From: Patellaria atrata CBS 101060
Lineage: Eukaryota
Assembly: GCA_010093705.1 (NCBI GenBank)
Contig: MU006106.1
Coordinates: 461,086 to 525,085, forward strand
DNA length: 64,000 nt
Direction: 5' to 3'
Part shown: positions 22,401-35,422 of the stretch, in pieces
How positions within the stretch are numbered: position 1 is the stretch's first letter
How the letters are laid out: each line of letters opens with the position of its first letter
Made by a program: the position numbers and the translations under genes
The notes under the pieces: model-generated
Seen by the model: only the letters and a program-made list of their open reading frames with translations
Databases searched by the model: none
What the model was told of the DNA's origin: nothing

Positions 22401-24151
22401 ATGAAGAGATGGCCGACGCACCGAGCCAGCTTTTCTCCGTTTCTCAACCAGCTCCGATCTAACGTACGACGTTCGTCTACCGTGACACGACCAAACATCG
22501 CGTCTCTACTACATCCGACTTCGTCTCCTTCCACTACCTCAAAACCCTCGGAGGGTGCTACAATAAGTATCAATGGTTTCATACGATCCGTCCGTCAGCA
22601 GAAGCGCGTCGCGTTTGCTGCGATCGGAGATGGCACCACCTTCGAGCCATTGCAGGTAGTGATGAGCCCATTCTTGGCTGAAGGGTGCGTGGCATACTAT
22701 AGGAAATATGATAATAACATATAGTTGACCCCGTTTCTGATTACAATCCATAGCTTATCTATAGGCACCGCTGTATCTATAATGGGAGAATGGAAAGCTT
22801 CGCCAGGCAAAGGCCAATCACATGAGCTGCATGCTCAGCGAATATATATATTAGGCGAAAATGATATAGAGGTACGCGAAGGGTATTCTAATGAGATATA
22901 TGCACCCGACCACGTTCCCATCTTGACCGTATGCTGATAAGGAGGAACTGGTAGAATTATCCTCTTCAAAAGCAGTACCAACCCCCCCAGTATCTTCGGA
23001 CGATCCCTCATTTGCGGTCCCGAACGCCCTTTAATTCTCTTTTATTGAGACTAAGGTCACAAATAATTGCTCGTCTAACAAACTTCTTTGCCGAAAGAGA
23101 CTTTGTGCAAACTCATCCACCGATCATGACATCTTCGGACTGCGAAGGTGCTGGAGAGGTTTTTACAATTACAACAGGACGCGCAAACAAAGAGAGCGGC
23201 ATTAGCTCCACAGAATTCTTCCGCTCACCAAAGTATCTAACAGTATCATCTCAACTTCACTTGGAAGCATTTGCTCAGTCTTTAGGGAACGTATGGACCC
23301 TATCACCTACATTTCGAGCCGAAAAAAGTGACACTCCTCGTCACCTAAGCGAGTTCTATATGCTTGAGGTAGAAATTGCATTTCAAGATAAACTGTCTGG
23401 GATAATGGATTTGGTGGAGGACATGCTGAGAGACACCGTCCGTCATCTCCAAGACTCTAGAGCTGCGAATGAATTACTTTTGGCGAGAGCGCAACACCTA
23501 GATCATAAAGTCGATGAATCTGAACTGATTCCCTACGATTTAACGCAAAGATGGGCCGGGATAATCCGTGGTCCCTGGCCTAGGATCACTTATGCTGAAG
23601 CGATTCACGAACTTACGGAGGCCCTCAGCTCCAATCCTATGCTGTTTGGACATGAGCCATCTTTTAGCTATGGACTTCATCTTGAACACGAGAAATATAT
23701 AGCTGAAAAGATTGGTAAGGGGAGTCCTGTTTTTGTTACCAATTACCCCTCTGCCCTCAAACCCTTTTATATGGCTCCCGATGAACCTGGTCAAGGTGAT
23801 AGTATAGAACCTACTGTCGCTTGTTTTGATCTATTGGTTCCAGAAGTATGTGAACTTGTTGGGGGCTCAATGCGTGAGCACCGTTATCGACCACTAGAAA
23901 AGGTTATGCGAGAGCAAGGACTTTTGATGAGGTCATTGCCCATCCAGAAACCCCCAAAGTCTGAGGACTCAGGGTTGAATATCAACGATCAAGAAGGGCT
24001 TCAATGGTACCTCGACCTTCGGCGTTACGGAAGTGTCCCCCATGGTGGTTTTGGTCTCGGTTTCGATAGATTACTCAGTTACATAACTGGAGTAACAAGT
24101 ATCAGAGATACTGTCGCATTCCCTCGATGGTACGGTAGATGCGACTGTTAA
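22401..24151 (+). CDS. SLM5: Mitochondrial asparaginyl-tRNA synthetase, 3 exons
   Basis: Arg/Ser-rich presequence, OB-fold (INGFIRSVRQQK), SSDCEGAGEVF, LTVSSQLHLE, PTFRAEKSDTPRHLSEFYMLE, PHGGFGLGFDRL. Confidence 0.93.
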
Positions 24152-25081
24152 ACGGCTTCTTATCGCCCTCTCTACCTGGGATTACCATCCACCAAATTCT
24201 TACATATTTCCTCCATCTCGACATTTTCGAAGGAAGTTCATGTATTTACCACCAACTGAACCTCACGAATGCGTTGACGGTAACCAATGGAGCTTCCGCA
24301 TCTTTTCAATGATTTTTTGAGGGCATGCAACTGTATGACGAATATGGCTTTGCGCCTATGGAGAAGAAGGCTACCGAATTTTCTCCGCCTAATATGTTAC
24401 TGAAAAGCCTCATGGATGCAAATAGGCGCCGGCCATGAGGTGTTTATCTTCCCTTTCCTACGACCATTTCATGCAACGTGCTTTCAACTTCAAGTTTGTT
24501 GATTTTGGAAGTAATCTTTACCTCTTCAACTTCCTATTAGATATCTTCCGCTTGTAAGTTCCTTTCGGGAATAACTAGTAGTTTTGGATTCTGTTCAGTT
24601 AGATATTCATCTCCACGGATGTTTCCACTCAAGCGGCGACAAGGCATTAGAAGTAGGATTGTCGGCGTTAAGAAGTTATGTAAAACATAGAGCACGCATA
24701 TAATGGATTCACTTGTACAGTAAACTAGTGAAATGTGAGCGCAACTTCAATCAGCCCTCTTTTCCTCTTATCACCAAACAGTGTCAAATTACGTGAATAT
24801 AAGGTCTAGAAAAGCGGTCCATGGATTTGCTATGAGCAGTGCCAAGACAGGTGGTCAAGAAGCTCACCTCGGAGAACCTAGCGCATCAAGAGTATCGTAC
24901 TAGCTTTTGATCATTCAGCAAAAAAAGTAGACGTCCGTCTCCTCCTCGACGAAACCGCCCAGCAACTATTTCCTACGCTGCTTTTCCTCGTCCTACGTTC
25001 AGCAAAGTCCGATCAGCTGTTGTTCCCGGCATTGTTATTCCTACGGGTCCGGCAAACATTTCCTCGGGGGAGGTGGCCTTT

Positions 25082-26409
25082 ATGGCAGCTCACGATCCAA
25101 TACCGGTGGAAGAAGTGGACTTTGAGTGAGCGGCCTCTGATCAATACTCCATGAAGCTTTAGTAACCCTATCTCTCAACGATAGCTATGAAGCCCTACCT
25201 CCAAACTATTCCCTCGCGGCGAATATGCTTGCCGGCGCGTTCGCTGGCATTGCTGTAAGACGTATTCCATCCAATTGTCGCAAGGGTGCTTACACATCTC
25301 GTCAGGAACACTCGGTGATGTATCCTATCGATCTTCTAAAAGTCTGCCGCCACATTGCCACTATATGATCCTATCTGACCATTATTACAGACCCGGTTAC
25401 AAGTCATAAATCCTTCCCCTACAGCCGTTTACTCCGGAGTATCAAATGCTATAATGACGATTTCCCGAGTGGAAGGGATAAGAACTCTATGGCGAGGATT
25501 ATCGAGTGTCGTGGTCGGCGCTGGTCAGTACATGTAATGTTCAGTATGCATATCAAAATCTTACAAGCCGTAGGCCCAGCGCACGCCGTATATTTCGCAT
25601 CTTATGAGACGGTGAAACAAGCTATGGGCGGTAATACGGGGGGCAAGCATGAACATCACCCCCTTGCTGCTGGTAGGCACATGTGCTATATGTCTATACG
25701 CGATAGATCTTGCTGACCATGACCAGCGGTGAGCGGCGCTGCAGCTACGATAACGAGCGATGCGCTCATGAATCCCTTTGATGGTATGTGAGTGCGGTCA
25801 TTCTTCTCGTGCACGTTTAGTAACAATTTCAGTCATTAAGCAACGCATGCAATTACACGGTTCGACGTATACTTCTATAGCGCACTGTGCAAGATCTGTT
25901 TTTCGCAATGAAGGTGTCACAGCATTCTACGTTTCTTACCCGACGACATTGACGATGACTGTACCATTCACCGCTCTACAGTTTATGGCTTATGAGTCGT
26001 TATCAAAGGTTATGAACCCAACGGGAGCTTTTGATCCTACAACTCATTGTACCGCCGGAGGTGTCGCAGGTGGTCTTGCAGCAGGCTTGACAACACCTTT
26101 GGACGTTATCAAGACTTTGTTGCAAACTCGGGGATCATCTAGCGAAGCCGAAATACGGAATTGCAGAGGTCTATGGGAGGCTGCGCAAATCATCAAGCGG
26201 CGAGATGGGTATCGTGGCTTTTGGCGGGGCCTGAAGCCCCGGATAATAACAACAATGCCGAGCACAGCCATTTGCTGGTAAGTCCCCGAATCAAGCTCGT
26301 TATGCTTGTGATATATTCTTTAACTGACTCCATCGAACTCAGGTCTGCCTATGAAATGGCAAAAGCTTTCTTCATCGCACAAGATCGGGCGTCCCGAACC
26401 CCTCCGTAG
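25082..26409 (+). CDS. MRS3: Mitochondrial iron carrier (Mrs3/Mrs4, mitoferrin), about 8 exons
   Basis: Spliced: DYEALPPNYS-like start, AGAFAGIAEHSVMYPIDLLKTRLQ, GAGPAHAVYFASYE, MNPFDVIKQRMQ, FYVSYPTTLTMTVPFTA, TTPLDVIKTLLQ. Confidence 0.92.
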
Positions 26410-27362
26410 AAGGTGAACCTCTTCCACCAAGGACCTTCCAGACAACATTTGGCTATATGATCACTGTTCTGTCGCTGAATCTTCGACGTAACTAATTTTG
26501 CAGATTTTCAGATCCACCTGTTCTCATCGCATGGAATGCTCAACTTGAGGTCTACCGACCTCTCTTCTCATGAGGCGTTTTCCTCTCGGGTCATGTAAAA
26601 TGTATAGATGGTCTAAAAGCTCCGATAGAGTAATTGGAGGTTTGGAATCATTGACGGGCGTTTTGCGAAGCGACTGTATTATGTACGAGCGTGTATTCGG
26701 ACACGATTGTAGACATTTACCACGCATCTAACGGCCGCGTTAGGCTACGTTTTCTCGAAATCTGTTGAATATTACTGGCCTGTTCATCGAGTTTGCCAAA
26801 TGAGAGATTATATTACAGAAACAGTAAGAAGAGTATCTTGGAGTAAAGTACGTGTTAGTACAAAAGCACATGTTACTACAGTACTTGTACTGTACCTTGT
26901 ACAGAGTATGGTACTGTACTGTATACTGCATCCCGCTAGTGTTGCTCCACACGTACTTTAGTAGCTGAACAAAATGCAAGCTCCTTTTTATAAGGCCACA
27001 GCCTCATTGTACTCGTGGCAAAATGTCTCTATTGCTAAAGCGTACCTTAATTCTTGTTCATTCACATTACTCTTCAAAGATAAATACTAGAAATCAAGCT
27101 AAGCTGTGAGGCTGCCCGCGTGGAAGAAGGCACGAGAGAGCCCAGACGAGACCCTACGTCACGCGGAATTCGTACAACAATTCATTAGAACTACATTGCA
27201 CCATATCGAATAACACACAGCACCGAGCCAGATCAAACAACAAAACCGATCTGTTTTCTTTCCTCAGAACATACACATATTGCTTTGCCTGAAGCTATAT
27301 TTCTGGTGCAAGGGAGCTTTGAGTTAGCCGCTGGACTTTGGATCTTCGGTCTACATTCCTCC

Positions 27363-30003
27363 ATGATGCGAAGCAAAACAGCGGCTGCTATGCAGAAGAC
27401 TTACGATGATTGCTATCTAACTTGTTCTACAGCTATTTATTTCGAAGGTCAGGTAAGTTTTTCAAAGATATCTTACCTAGCAATCTGCAGTCTGGAAGGC
27501 TAATGTGTTACCTTTACTAGCACAATGAAGCGGAAGCCCTACGTTCATGGAAGATGGCCTTAGACCAAATAAACTACCACAATGCTTTCAAAGTCCCAAC
27601 AACATACCGCCCAAAATCAGAGACGGAGAAAGCATTACAGGAATCATTACGGCAGATGGAGCTCCAATGCAAAGAAAGAGTTGACCTTTTGGAGGCACTA
27701 AAGCGAAGTAGAAAGGAGGTTGGGGCAACCAAGGATGTCGTGTCTTCAGAGTCAACAAAAGAGTGTGCATCAGACCCTGAAAGAGTTGGTTGGCTTGGTG
27801 GAGGCACCATACCGCCAGTGGAATACCCAGATCTTTCACGACCCCCTCTACCAATGCGTCCAGCAATTACAGCACGGAAGACCTCTGGCTCAGAGGCTAC
27901 TCGAACACGCAGTCTTCCACAAACCAACAGCGAGGGATTGTCGTTACCTCCCCTACAACCTCTTCCAACGGTAACTCTTTCTGTTCCCACTAAGAAGTCT
28001 TCTCGTACACCAAGTCCGGACAAGAAGCCTGGTATGCTGCGAACTCTAAGACCAGGAAGGGATGGTCCACGCGCATCATCCTCAAAAGTCCCAAATACTT
28101 TAAGGTCCCGCCCACCAGTAGCGGCAAAGGCAGCATCCCAGGCTTGGGGAACGACGCAACGAGACACTAATGGCAGAGTGATCCTTCCTTACGCTGAATC
28201 AAGCAGGTCATCAGTAACTCTGAATGCATCTAGAGAATCGCTGGGTCAGTTTTCAGCTCAGCTGAGACGGCCTTCTCATGAGTATAATTCGAGCGAGGCC
28301 GATCCTTTCCCGCAACAGCAGAACAATTTGTCGGAACCTTTCTTCTTTAGGTACGACTATGACAGGCCAGGGCACTACCTCACTCCTGCGGCTGCATCTA
28401 CATCAGACCCAGTCCCGTCCTACTCCCAGAGTGCCGAAGAACTCACCACCCATGAGCAGCCACCCACTCCTCCGCCACATGTTCCAAGAAAGACAATTGC
28501 TCGAGATCGACCAAAATCCCCACAGAAGCCCCCAAAGAACGGTCAAACATACCTTAGTTATCGGAAGGAGTACCCCAACTCGGATTTGCAAGCTGAGAAA
28601 TTGAAACGTATCGTAGCTGCTAGACCTCCTAGGTCGTCCCGTGATCTTCAAGCGCAAACAAGGAATGAGATTACTAGTAACAATAAAACTTCACCAAAGG
28701 TTCCCCGCAAAGTTGTAAATAACCCTCCTTACTCAGATAAGAGCAGTCGGACTCGTGCGTACAACCATACTTCCTCTTCTGGCAGTGAAGAGGCAAGTAG
28801 TCCTACTCAGCGTCAGAGGGGAAAACAAAGAGAGAGTGACCATGTTTCATCAACTCCCGATTCTCTTACGTCGGAAGCCGATTTCTCTGAACCAGACCCC
28901 AAAGGAGATGCGTGGAAAATGCAAGTGGCCAAAATCTTGAAGAATCTACCCAAAGGCGTTGACGAAGCAGCTGCAAAACAAATCCTAAACGAAATCATCA
29001 TCCATGGCGATGAGGTTCATTGGGATGATGTCGCAGGTCTGGATATTGCGAAATCAGCGCTCAAAGAGACCGTTGTCTACCCATTCCTGCGTCCAGATCT
29101 GTTCATGGGTCTTCGTGAACCAGCACGAGGGATGTTGCTTTTTGGTCCTCCAGGTACGGGAAAAACTATGCTTGCCAGAGCAGTTGCAACGGAATCTAGG
29201 TCTACATTCTTCGCTATTTCAGCCAGCAGCTTGACAAGCAAGTTTCTGGGTGAGTCTGAAAAGTTGGTGCGAGCTCTCTTTCAACTGGCGAAAGCCCTAG
29301 CACCATCAATAATCTTCGTCGATGAGATTGATTCACTTCTCTCTTCGCGGTCAGGCTCTAGCGAACATGAAGCCACGCGTAGGATCAAGACCGAATTCTT
29401 GATCCAATGGTCAGATCTCGCAAAGGCCGCAGCAGGCAGAGAGCAGACGGAGAAGGACAAGAAGGAAGGAGATGCTAGCAGAGTCCTTGTTCTAGCCGCC
29501 ACTAATCTCCCGTGGGCCATTGATGAGGCCGCTCGTAGGAGATTTGTGAGGAGGCAGTACATTCCACTTCCAGAGCCGCATGTTCGGAAACTGCAGTTGA
29601 AGACGTTGCTGAGTCACCAAAAGCATGATTTGAAGGAGAAAGACCTAGATAATCTAGTCGAACTAACAGACAGTGAGTTTTCCTACTTACCACTCCCCGT
29701 CAATTTGTTCTCATCTATATAATCTTTACAAGTCACTATTTCTCCGTACGATTGATAAATTCATCTAACATACAATGAACAGGTTTCTCAGGATCCGACA
29801 TCACGGCTCTAGCCAAAGATGCTGCCATGGGTCCTCTACGCAGCTTAGGCGAGAAATTGCTACACATGACCATGGATGAGATCCGTCCGATTCAGTTCGA
29901 AGACTTCAAAGCGAGCTTGACGACTATCAGGCCCAGTGTGAGTAAGGAGGGCCTCAAGCAATTCGAGGACTGGGCTACGGCGTTTGGAGAACGAGGAGGA
30001 TAG
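27363..30003 (+). CDS. Meiotic-clade AAA ATPase (Yta6/Sap1, spastin/fidgetin-like); introns ~27453-27520 and ~29673-29782
   Basis: [63 protein letters not shown], Vps4-C-like tail IRPSVS..FEDWA..FG. Confidence 0.92.
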
Positions 30004-30721
30004 GACAAGAATGATCTTTCATTGTATAGAATGGTGTGTGCAAATTTGGGATTGGAAGGCAACGGAGTCCATGACAGTGTGATTGGGACAGGAGAAAATA
30101 CCAATAAGTATGTGTATCAGACTAGGAATTATGCGGATCAGGGCTGAATATCTGTAAGTATATGTTGCAGTAATGACTAAACGCAGAATCGTGATTCTCG
30201 TCCCGTGATAGGTGTAACTTTGGCGTTTTAGACGCAGCATATCGAACGCTGCCATTTCCTGGTGACCGTAATGACGAGAGCAGCAGACAATCAGAGCCAT
30301 GAGAAGCTCATAGTCTCCACATACCTTAAACATTGACGTATCTCAGCAAAAAGGTGTGTATGTCTCTAATTATCCCTTCATGCAGTTTCGGTGACTTTCC
30401 AGCATGTCTATCATGTTTCAGAGATCACTCACATTATCCTGTTAGTTTATATGTTTGTTTGTACCTTTACCGGGAAGGCTGAAATAATTACGACTGATAA
30501 CAATTCAATAGTTCTAGACGCAGGGTCCCTGATAAAATAATTCTAGGGTTTTTCGGAACCTTTTCCTTTCGCCAACAAACACACACCTCGACATTAGGTT
30601 ACAAGACCTTCACGCCACCACTATTATAAAAAAAGAGCACCAGCCAAACATATCGACACCCAAGTCCAGAAAAATAATATAAGATTTGGCATGGTAAAGC
30701 AGTGAAGTCTACCACCACCCA

Positions 30722-30955
30722 AAACTCTCCGTCTTAGCTGCGGACCGTGCCGCTACCCCGGAATCATCTCAGCACCATACCAATGCCAATGACGAAGCAC
30801 GAGGGTTCTCCCAGACGTCTAATAAGGGTCTGCTTCGAGATGCTGTGCGACAACTGCTGCCTCGAGCTACTCTGATACACAGGGTTTTTGGCCCCTTGCG
30901 TCAGAGATGCGCTCGAGCCAGGGCCCCGAAGGGGCTGGTGCGCAGAGGTGATGCA
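30722..30955 (-). ncRNA. Candidate structured non-coding RNA (multi-hairpin, possibly H/ACA-like), family unassigned
   Basis: No ORF; nested complementary pairs (CTCGAGC/GCTCGAG, CTCTGA/TCAGAG, CGAAGCA/TGCTTCG, CCC-TTCG-GGG); upstream TATATAA and flanking splice-like signals on the minus strand. Confidence 0.45.
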
Positions 30956-31262
30956 GGGCGTGAGGGGTGGGGGAGTTGGAGCTCACGTTAGAGGGGTCTG
31001 GTGAGGAGGGGTTTGAGTTGGGAATATGTCGGAGGATACTATGGGATTGGCGTGGCGTGGCGTGAGGTTGAGGTGATAAGGTGGAGTGTGAGGAGGGTTA
31101 TATAGTCGAGTGTATTCCTCAGAAGAGCGTATTGTTGCGTACTTTCAAATCTCCTATCCTAATAATAAAGCATCTTTGAAAACGAATTGTTATTACAGCT
31201 CACCCCCTCAACACTATTGCAAGGTCTTCACACAATCTCACCTCTCCGATTCCAAATACACC

Positions 31263-31484
31263 ATGGATACCTCCACCTATCAATCATGTCCTGCCCAGAA
31301 CCCCTTCCGCAGGTCCCGATCGAGGTCTCTTCCCGATATCCGTGATGCGGTAGCGCCGCAGGTCCCGAGCAATGAGTGGTCTTTTGAAGAACAGCAGTGG
31401 TTGAGGGAGATGCAGGCGGAGCAGGAGGCGAGGAGATTGGAGCAGTTGTTTGATGGCCTGGCGATTGCCTTTCGATCCTTTTAA
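31263..31484 (+). CDS. Hypothetical 73-aa microprotein
   Basis: CACCATGG start context after a C/A-rich leader; RRSRSRSLP motif and helical EEQQWLREMQAEQEARRLEQLF segment; no recognisable family. Confidence 0.45.
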   Translation: MDTSTYQSCPAQNPFRRSRSRSLPDIRDAVAPQVPSNEWSFEEQQWLREMQAEQEARRLEQLFDGLAIAFRSF

Positions 31485-31706
31485 GCTCTCAACGAGGGGA
31501 GTTAGCCATCTTTTGAGGATGTTCGAAGTGGTTAAGCGTCTGTTGTTGGTCGAGGAGCTTATTGCTCCGTTTCCCTCGTTTTCGGGCCGTCGTTGAGTCT
31601 TGTCCAGGTCGAATGAACGAAGAGGCACCGCATTAAAGCCGACGGGCAATGCGCCGGGCCGAGGAATAAGATCACCCAATGTCAAAAAATGACAAGGGTT
31701 TCTAGA

Positions 31707-33204
31707 TTACATGAGGACGCATTTATCATAGTTCTCTCCGAACTCGTCTCTCGCTGCTGCGCGCTCATTCTCGTGTTGCTTCGACCGTACCTCCTTGGGA
31801 AACCACTTCTTCATGTACTCGATCAAATCCTGGTCGAGGTTCCTACTATCTGCTTGCATTACGACCTCACCTCTGCAAAGAGGGCAATGGTTTTCTCTAG
31901 CGCGTTGCATGATGACAAGACAACGGATGCAGAAGATGTGATTGCAGAGGAGACGGATCGGCTTGTATGAGATGCTGAAGCAGACGGGACAGAGGTAGTC
32001 GTCTAGAGCAGGGACAATGGGGAGGAGCTCGGTTGAGAGTTGGTAGCAGATCGCTTTTGCTACAGAAGTTGTAAGGGGGGAGGTATGGATGGTCGAGGGG
32101 AATGTCTTTTTAACGCCCAATGCTGTGCGTTTGTCGAATTCTAGTGTACTTTCATCAGGATGAGTAAATATCAACAAGCTTGGGGTTGGACGTACTCTTT
32201 AAAATCTTAGCCATAGCTAATCTATTAATGTCCTGGAATCTTAGGTTTTGCAATATCTCGAGATTTAAGCTGATGAAACGGTCTAGGGCCTCCTTGCTCT
32301 CTGGTTTCTTGAATTTGGTCAGCAGTTTCTGATTTTCCAGCTCTTCTGAGAATCGGCGCAAGTTCTTTTCAGCTTTCTCTGAGTCATGGGCACCGTGGTC
32401 CTGCTCATTTGTGCTGAAGAAGACGCGTGATTCTAAGTATAACTCAAAGATCTTTCTCCACTGCGCCAGATCATTTTTTTTCTTACCCTGAGAAGGATCT
32501 GTGACTTTTGTGACTAATTGTCCTAGTTCCTTGACCTCGGATTCCATCTTCACATTCTGTTCCGCTTGCAACTTAGCAAGTCCAGATAACTGATCCTGCA
32601 ACATGCCAAAGAACTCGGAATCCGACGTCAAAGGAACCTCCACCATTCGAACAGGACGTGAATGTCGACGGTGTGGCCGCTTTTCTGCATCTGACATATC
32701 CGACGTTGCAGAGTCAAAAGATCCAACGAAACTTGACCGTCGAGCAGGATCGTCGGTAATGTCTAATATGCGTACATCAGTCAATTGTTGGCTCAACGCA
32801 AGTACGTGGAATTCTCGCTTGGTCTCAGGCGTGAGACTCGCATCTAGGGGCTCTCCAGTCTCTTCATCGACAGCGAAGAGTAATTTCGGTAAGAAACGGG
32901 CGCCATTACTCGTCCCTTGCTCTTTATCTCCATTTTCGTTGTTGAGGTCTTGACTTCTAAACTGATATCTGAAAGGCTTCTCATCCTCCTCTTCGTCAAC
33001 TTGGGCATCATGCTTGGTATGCTGTTCCTCCACTGATTTCAAAAGCAGATTCAGTGTGTCTGCGTCTAATCCCATACTAGAAAGCTCGGTTTCAACCCTT
33101 TTGATGCACTTTTTGAGCTGCCTATATGAGATGGCGGATGCCACCCAATCAGGTGGGAAGCCATCCTTCTGGAGACTTTCCTGGTAGAGATGTGCGAACT
33201 TCAT
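31707..33204 (-). CDS. SPX domain + C3HC4 RING E3 ubiquitin ligase (S. pombe Pqr1/Spx1-like); intron 32141-32195
   Basis: MKFAH..AISYRQLKKCIK and INRLAMAKILKKFDKRT SPX motifs; CPVC..CNHIFCIRC..CPLCR RING. Confidence 0.92.
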
Positions 33205-33749
33205 GTGTTAAAATATAATTTTACACATTTCTAAAGGTACTATAGTATGAAATCTAACGTTTCCTCTATTGAGGTCTGGAGGGCGGTAACTAAGACGTTA
33301 ATATATACACTGGAGAGAAGGGACCGTTCACATGATATTCAAAGGGTTCTCAACGTCGATTAAAGGGGCGTAAAGTCTCTTCTACTAGATGGGGGGAGGC
33401 ATAGAGTTTTATATCACATGCGATCATAATGTTGTAACTAGTATAACTTGCAGCTATTTTCTCTTTTACCCCAGTTGGGGGTTAAGGTCTAGTTCGTGAC
33501 GGATCGAGTTTTCGTGGTGGCGCAAAGTTCTCGATTGCTGCCTTCAAGCTTGCTCGCTTCAACCCACCATCTCCAGTCAAGCGCGCAAGAACCCTATGAC
33601 ACAATTTCTGTGAATATCAAAATTCTTACCAGATAATTATGGGCTTAGTGTTCCAATCGCACCCTTTGATCGACTTTCAGCCTCCGTGAATAGTTACTGT
33701 TTGGGAGGGTTTAGAGCTCGTCTGTACATTTATTTCCCTGGAGGCAAAA

Positions 33750-35422
33750 ATGGGTGCAGGTCAATCTTCGGACAAAGCACCGCAGCAGAATGCTGTGGAG
33801 ACAAAGACCAGCTATTACGAGCTCTTAGGTGTCGAGAAACAAGCATCTCAGGATGAGTGGGTTCCCTATTATGTACAATCTCGCTGTCATTTTAACAGTT
33901 CCGCAGCATCAAGAAAGCCTACCGCAGAAAAGCTCTCGAACTTCACCCTGACCGCAACTATGGGAAAGAAGACGATGCTACGAAGCTCTTCGCCGAAATT
34001 CAAGCTGCGTACGAAGTCCTCTCAGATCCACAAGAGCGAGCATGGTATGATTCACACGAGAGCGCGATCCTGCGCGGTAATACTGGAGAGGAATCGGAGC
34101 ACTACGAGCATGACGTCCGCATCACCACTGCAGACGATATTTCGGGGATGATGCGCAAGTTCAACCGCAATATAGAATTCTCTGACGCACCTACCGGCTT
34201 CTTTGGGTTTGTAAGGGAGACATTTGAAACGCTTGCGAAAGAGGAACAATTGGCTGCGGATTGGGAAGGCGTGGATGTACCGGATTACCCTTCGTTTGGG
34301 CACAGGGACGATACATACGAGGATGTTGTAAAGGAGTTCTACGCTATGTGGAATGGTTTCTCTACCCGGAAAAGTTATGCGTGGATGGATAAATGGCGGC
34401 TCTCTGAGGCGCCAGACCGATTCATTAGGCGGCAGATGGAGAAGGAGAATAAGAAAATTCGTGACGATGCCAAGCGAGACTTTAATGAAGCAGTTCGGGC
34501 TCTCATACTGTTTATCCGAAAGCGGGATCCTAGGTACGCCCCCACTACGCAGACAGACGCGGAGAGGGCAAAGTCAATGAAGGATGCTGCTGCTGCCCAA
34601 GCAGCACGTCAAAGAGCTATCAACGCTGCTCAACTAAAACAGGAAATGCCGGCCTGGACCACCACAAGAGAACCTGAAGAAGTTGAGGACAGTGAAGAAG
34701 AGGAGGTAGTCGAAGAAGAGTTCGAATGTGTGGCATGTAAGAAAACTTTTAAAAGTGAACAGCAGGTGGTTGCCCATGAGAGGAGTAAGAAGCATCAAAA
34801 AGCAGTTGCCGGCTTAAAGAGAAAGATGTTTAAGGAAAACAAAAATCTTCATTTAGATGAAGATATCCCCAGTAGTGCCGTGGTGACACCTGCATCTGAC
34901 GATGGTTCGTATACATTACACGAAGAGGATGTAAATAAAACCGAAGAAAATATCGCTGACCTGAATATTGACAATGGAGGAGAGAAGACCATTACCCATA
35001 ACGGAGACAGTGATGCGCCTAGTCCAGACAATGAGCATGCCGGGGATCATCTGGACGTAAAAGCAGATCCTGTTACCGACTCCGAGGAGGACGATGATGC
35101 TGATGATGCTGAGGGCGGGGACGGTGACTACTCCTCCAGGTCTAAAGTAGAAGCCTACATGGCGACATCTACCGCCGGCGTTGAATCAACAACCGAAACT
35201 CCAGTAGAACTCACTGGTCCTAAGCTCGGAAAGGCCGCTCAAAAACGGGCCAAAAAAGCTGCCAAAGCCGCAGTAGCGGATCAAGAAGAAGCGAAGTTCA
35301 AATGTGTAACCTGCAACAACGGGTTTCCATCCAAAACGCGCTTGTTCCAGCATATCAGTGATTTTGGGCATGCAGCACCTGTTTCCAATGCGAAAGTTGG
35401 GAAAGGGAAGAAGAAGAGGTGA
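33750..35422 (+). CDS. JJJ1: J-domain/C2H2 zinc-finger co-chaperone Jjj1 (DNAJC21); intron ~33857-33906
   Basis: [50 protein letters not shown]-terminal [14 protein letters not shown]. Confidence 0.92.

Noticed and set aside
26860..26930. TACAGTAC-TT-GTACTGTA palindrome and GTACTGTA repeats, resembling Tc1/mariner ends
   Set aside because: No transposase, no paired long TIRs; low-complexity motif that also occurs at ~38736 and ~51306.
30760..30785. GCTGAGAT on the minus strand, resembling the TPP riboswitch CUGAGA motif
   Set aside because: The downstream UGAU..UAAU..CAGCG P4/P5 module is absent and no thiamine gene is adjacent.
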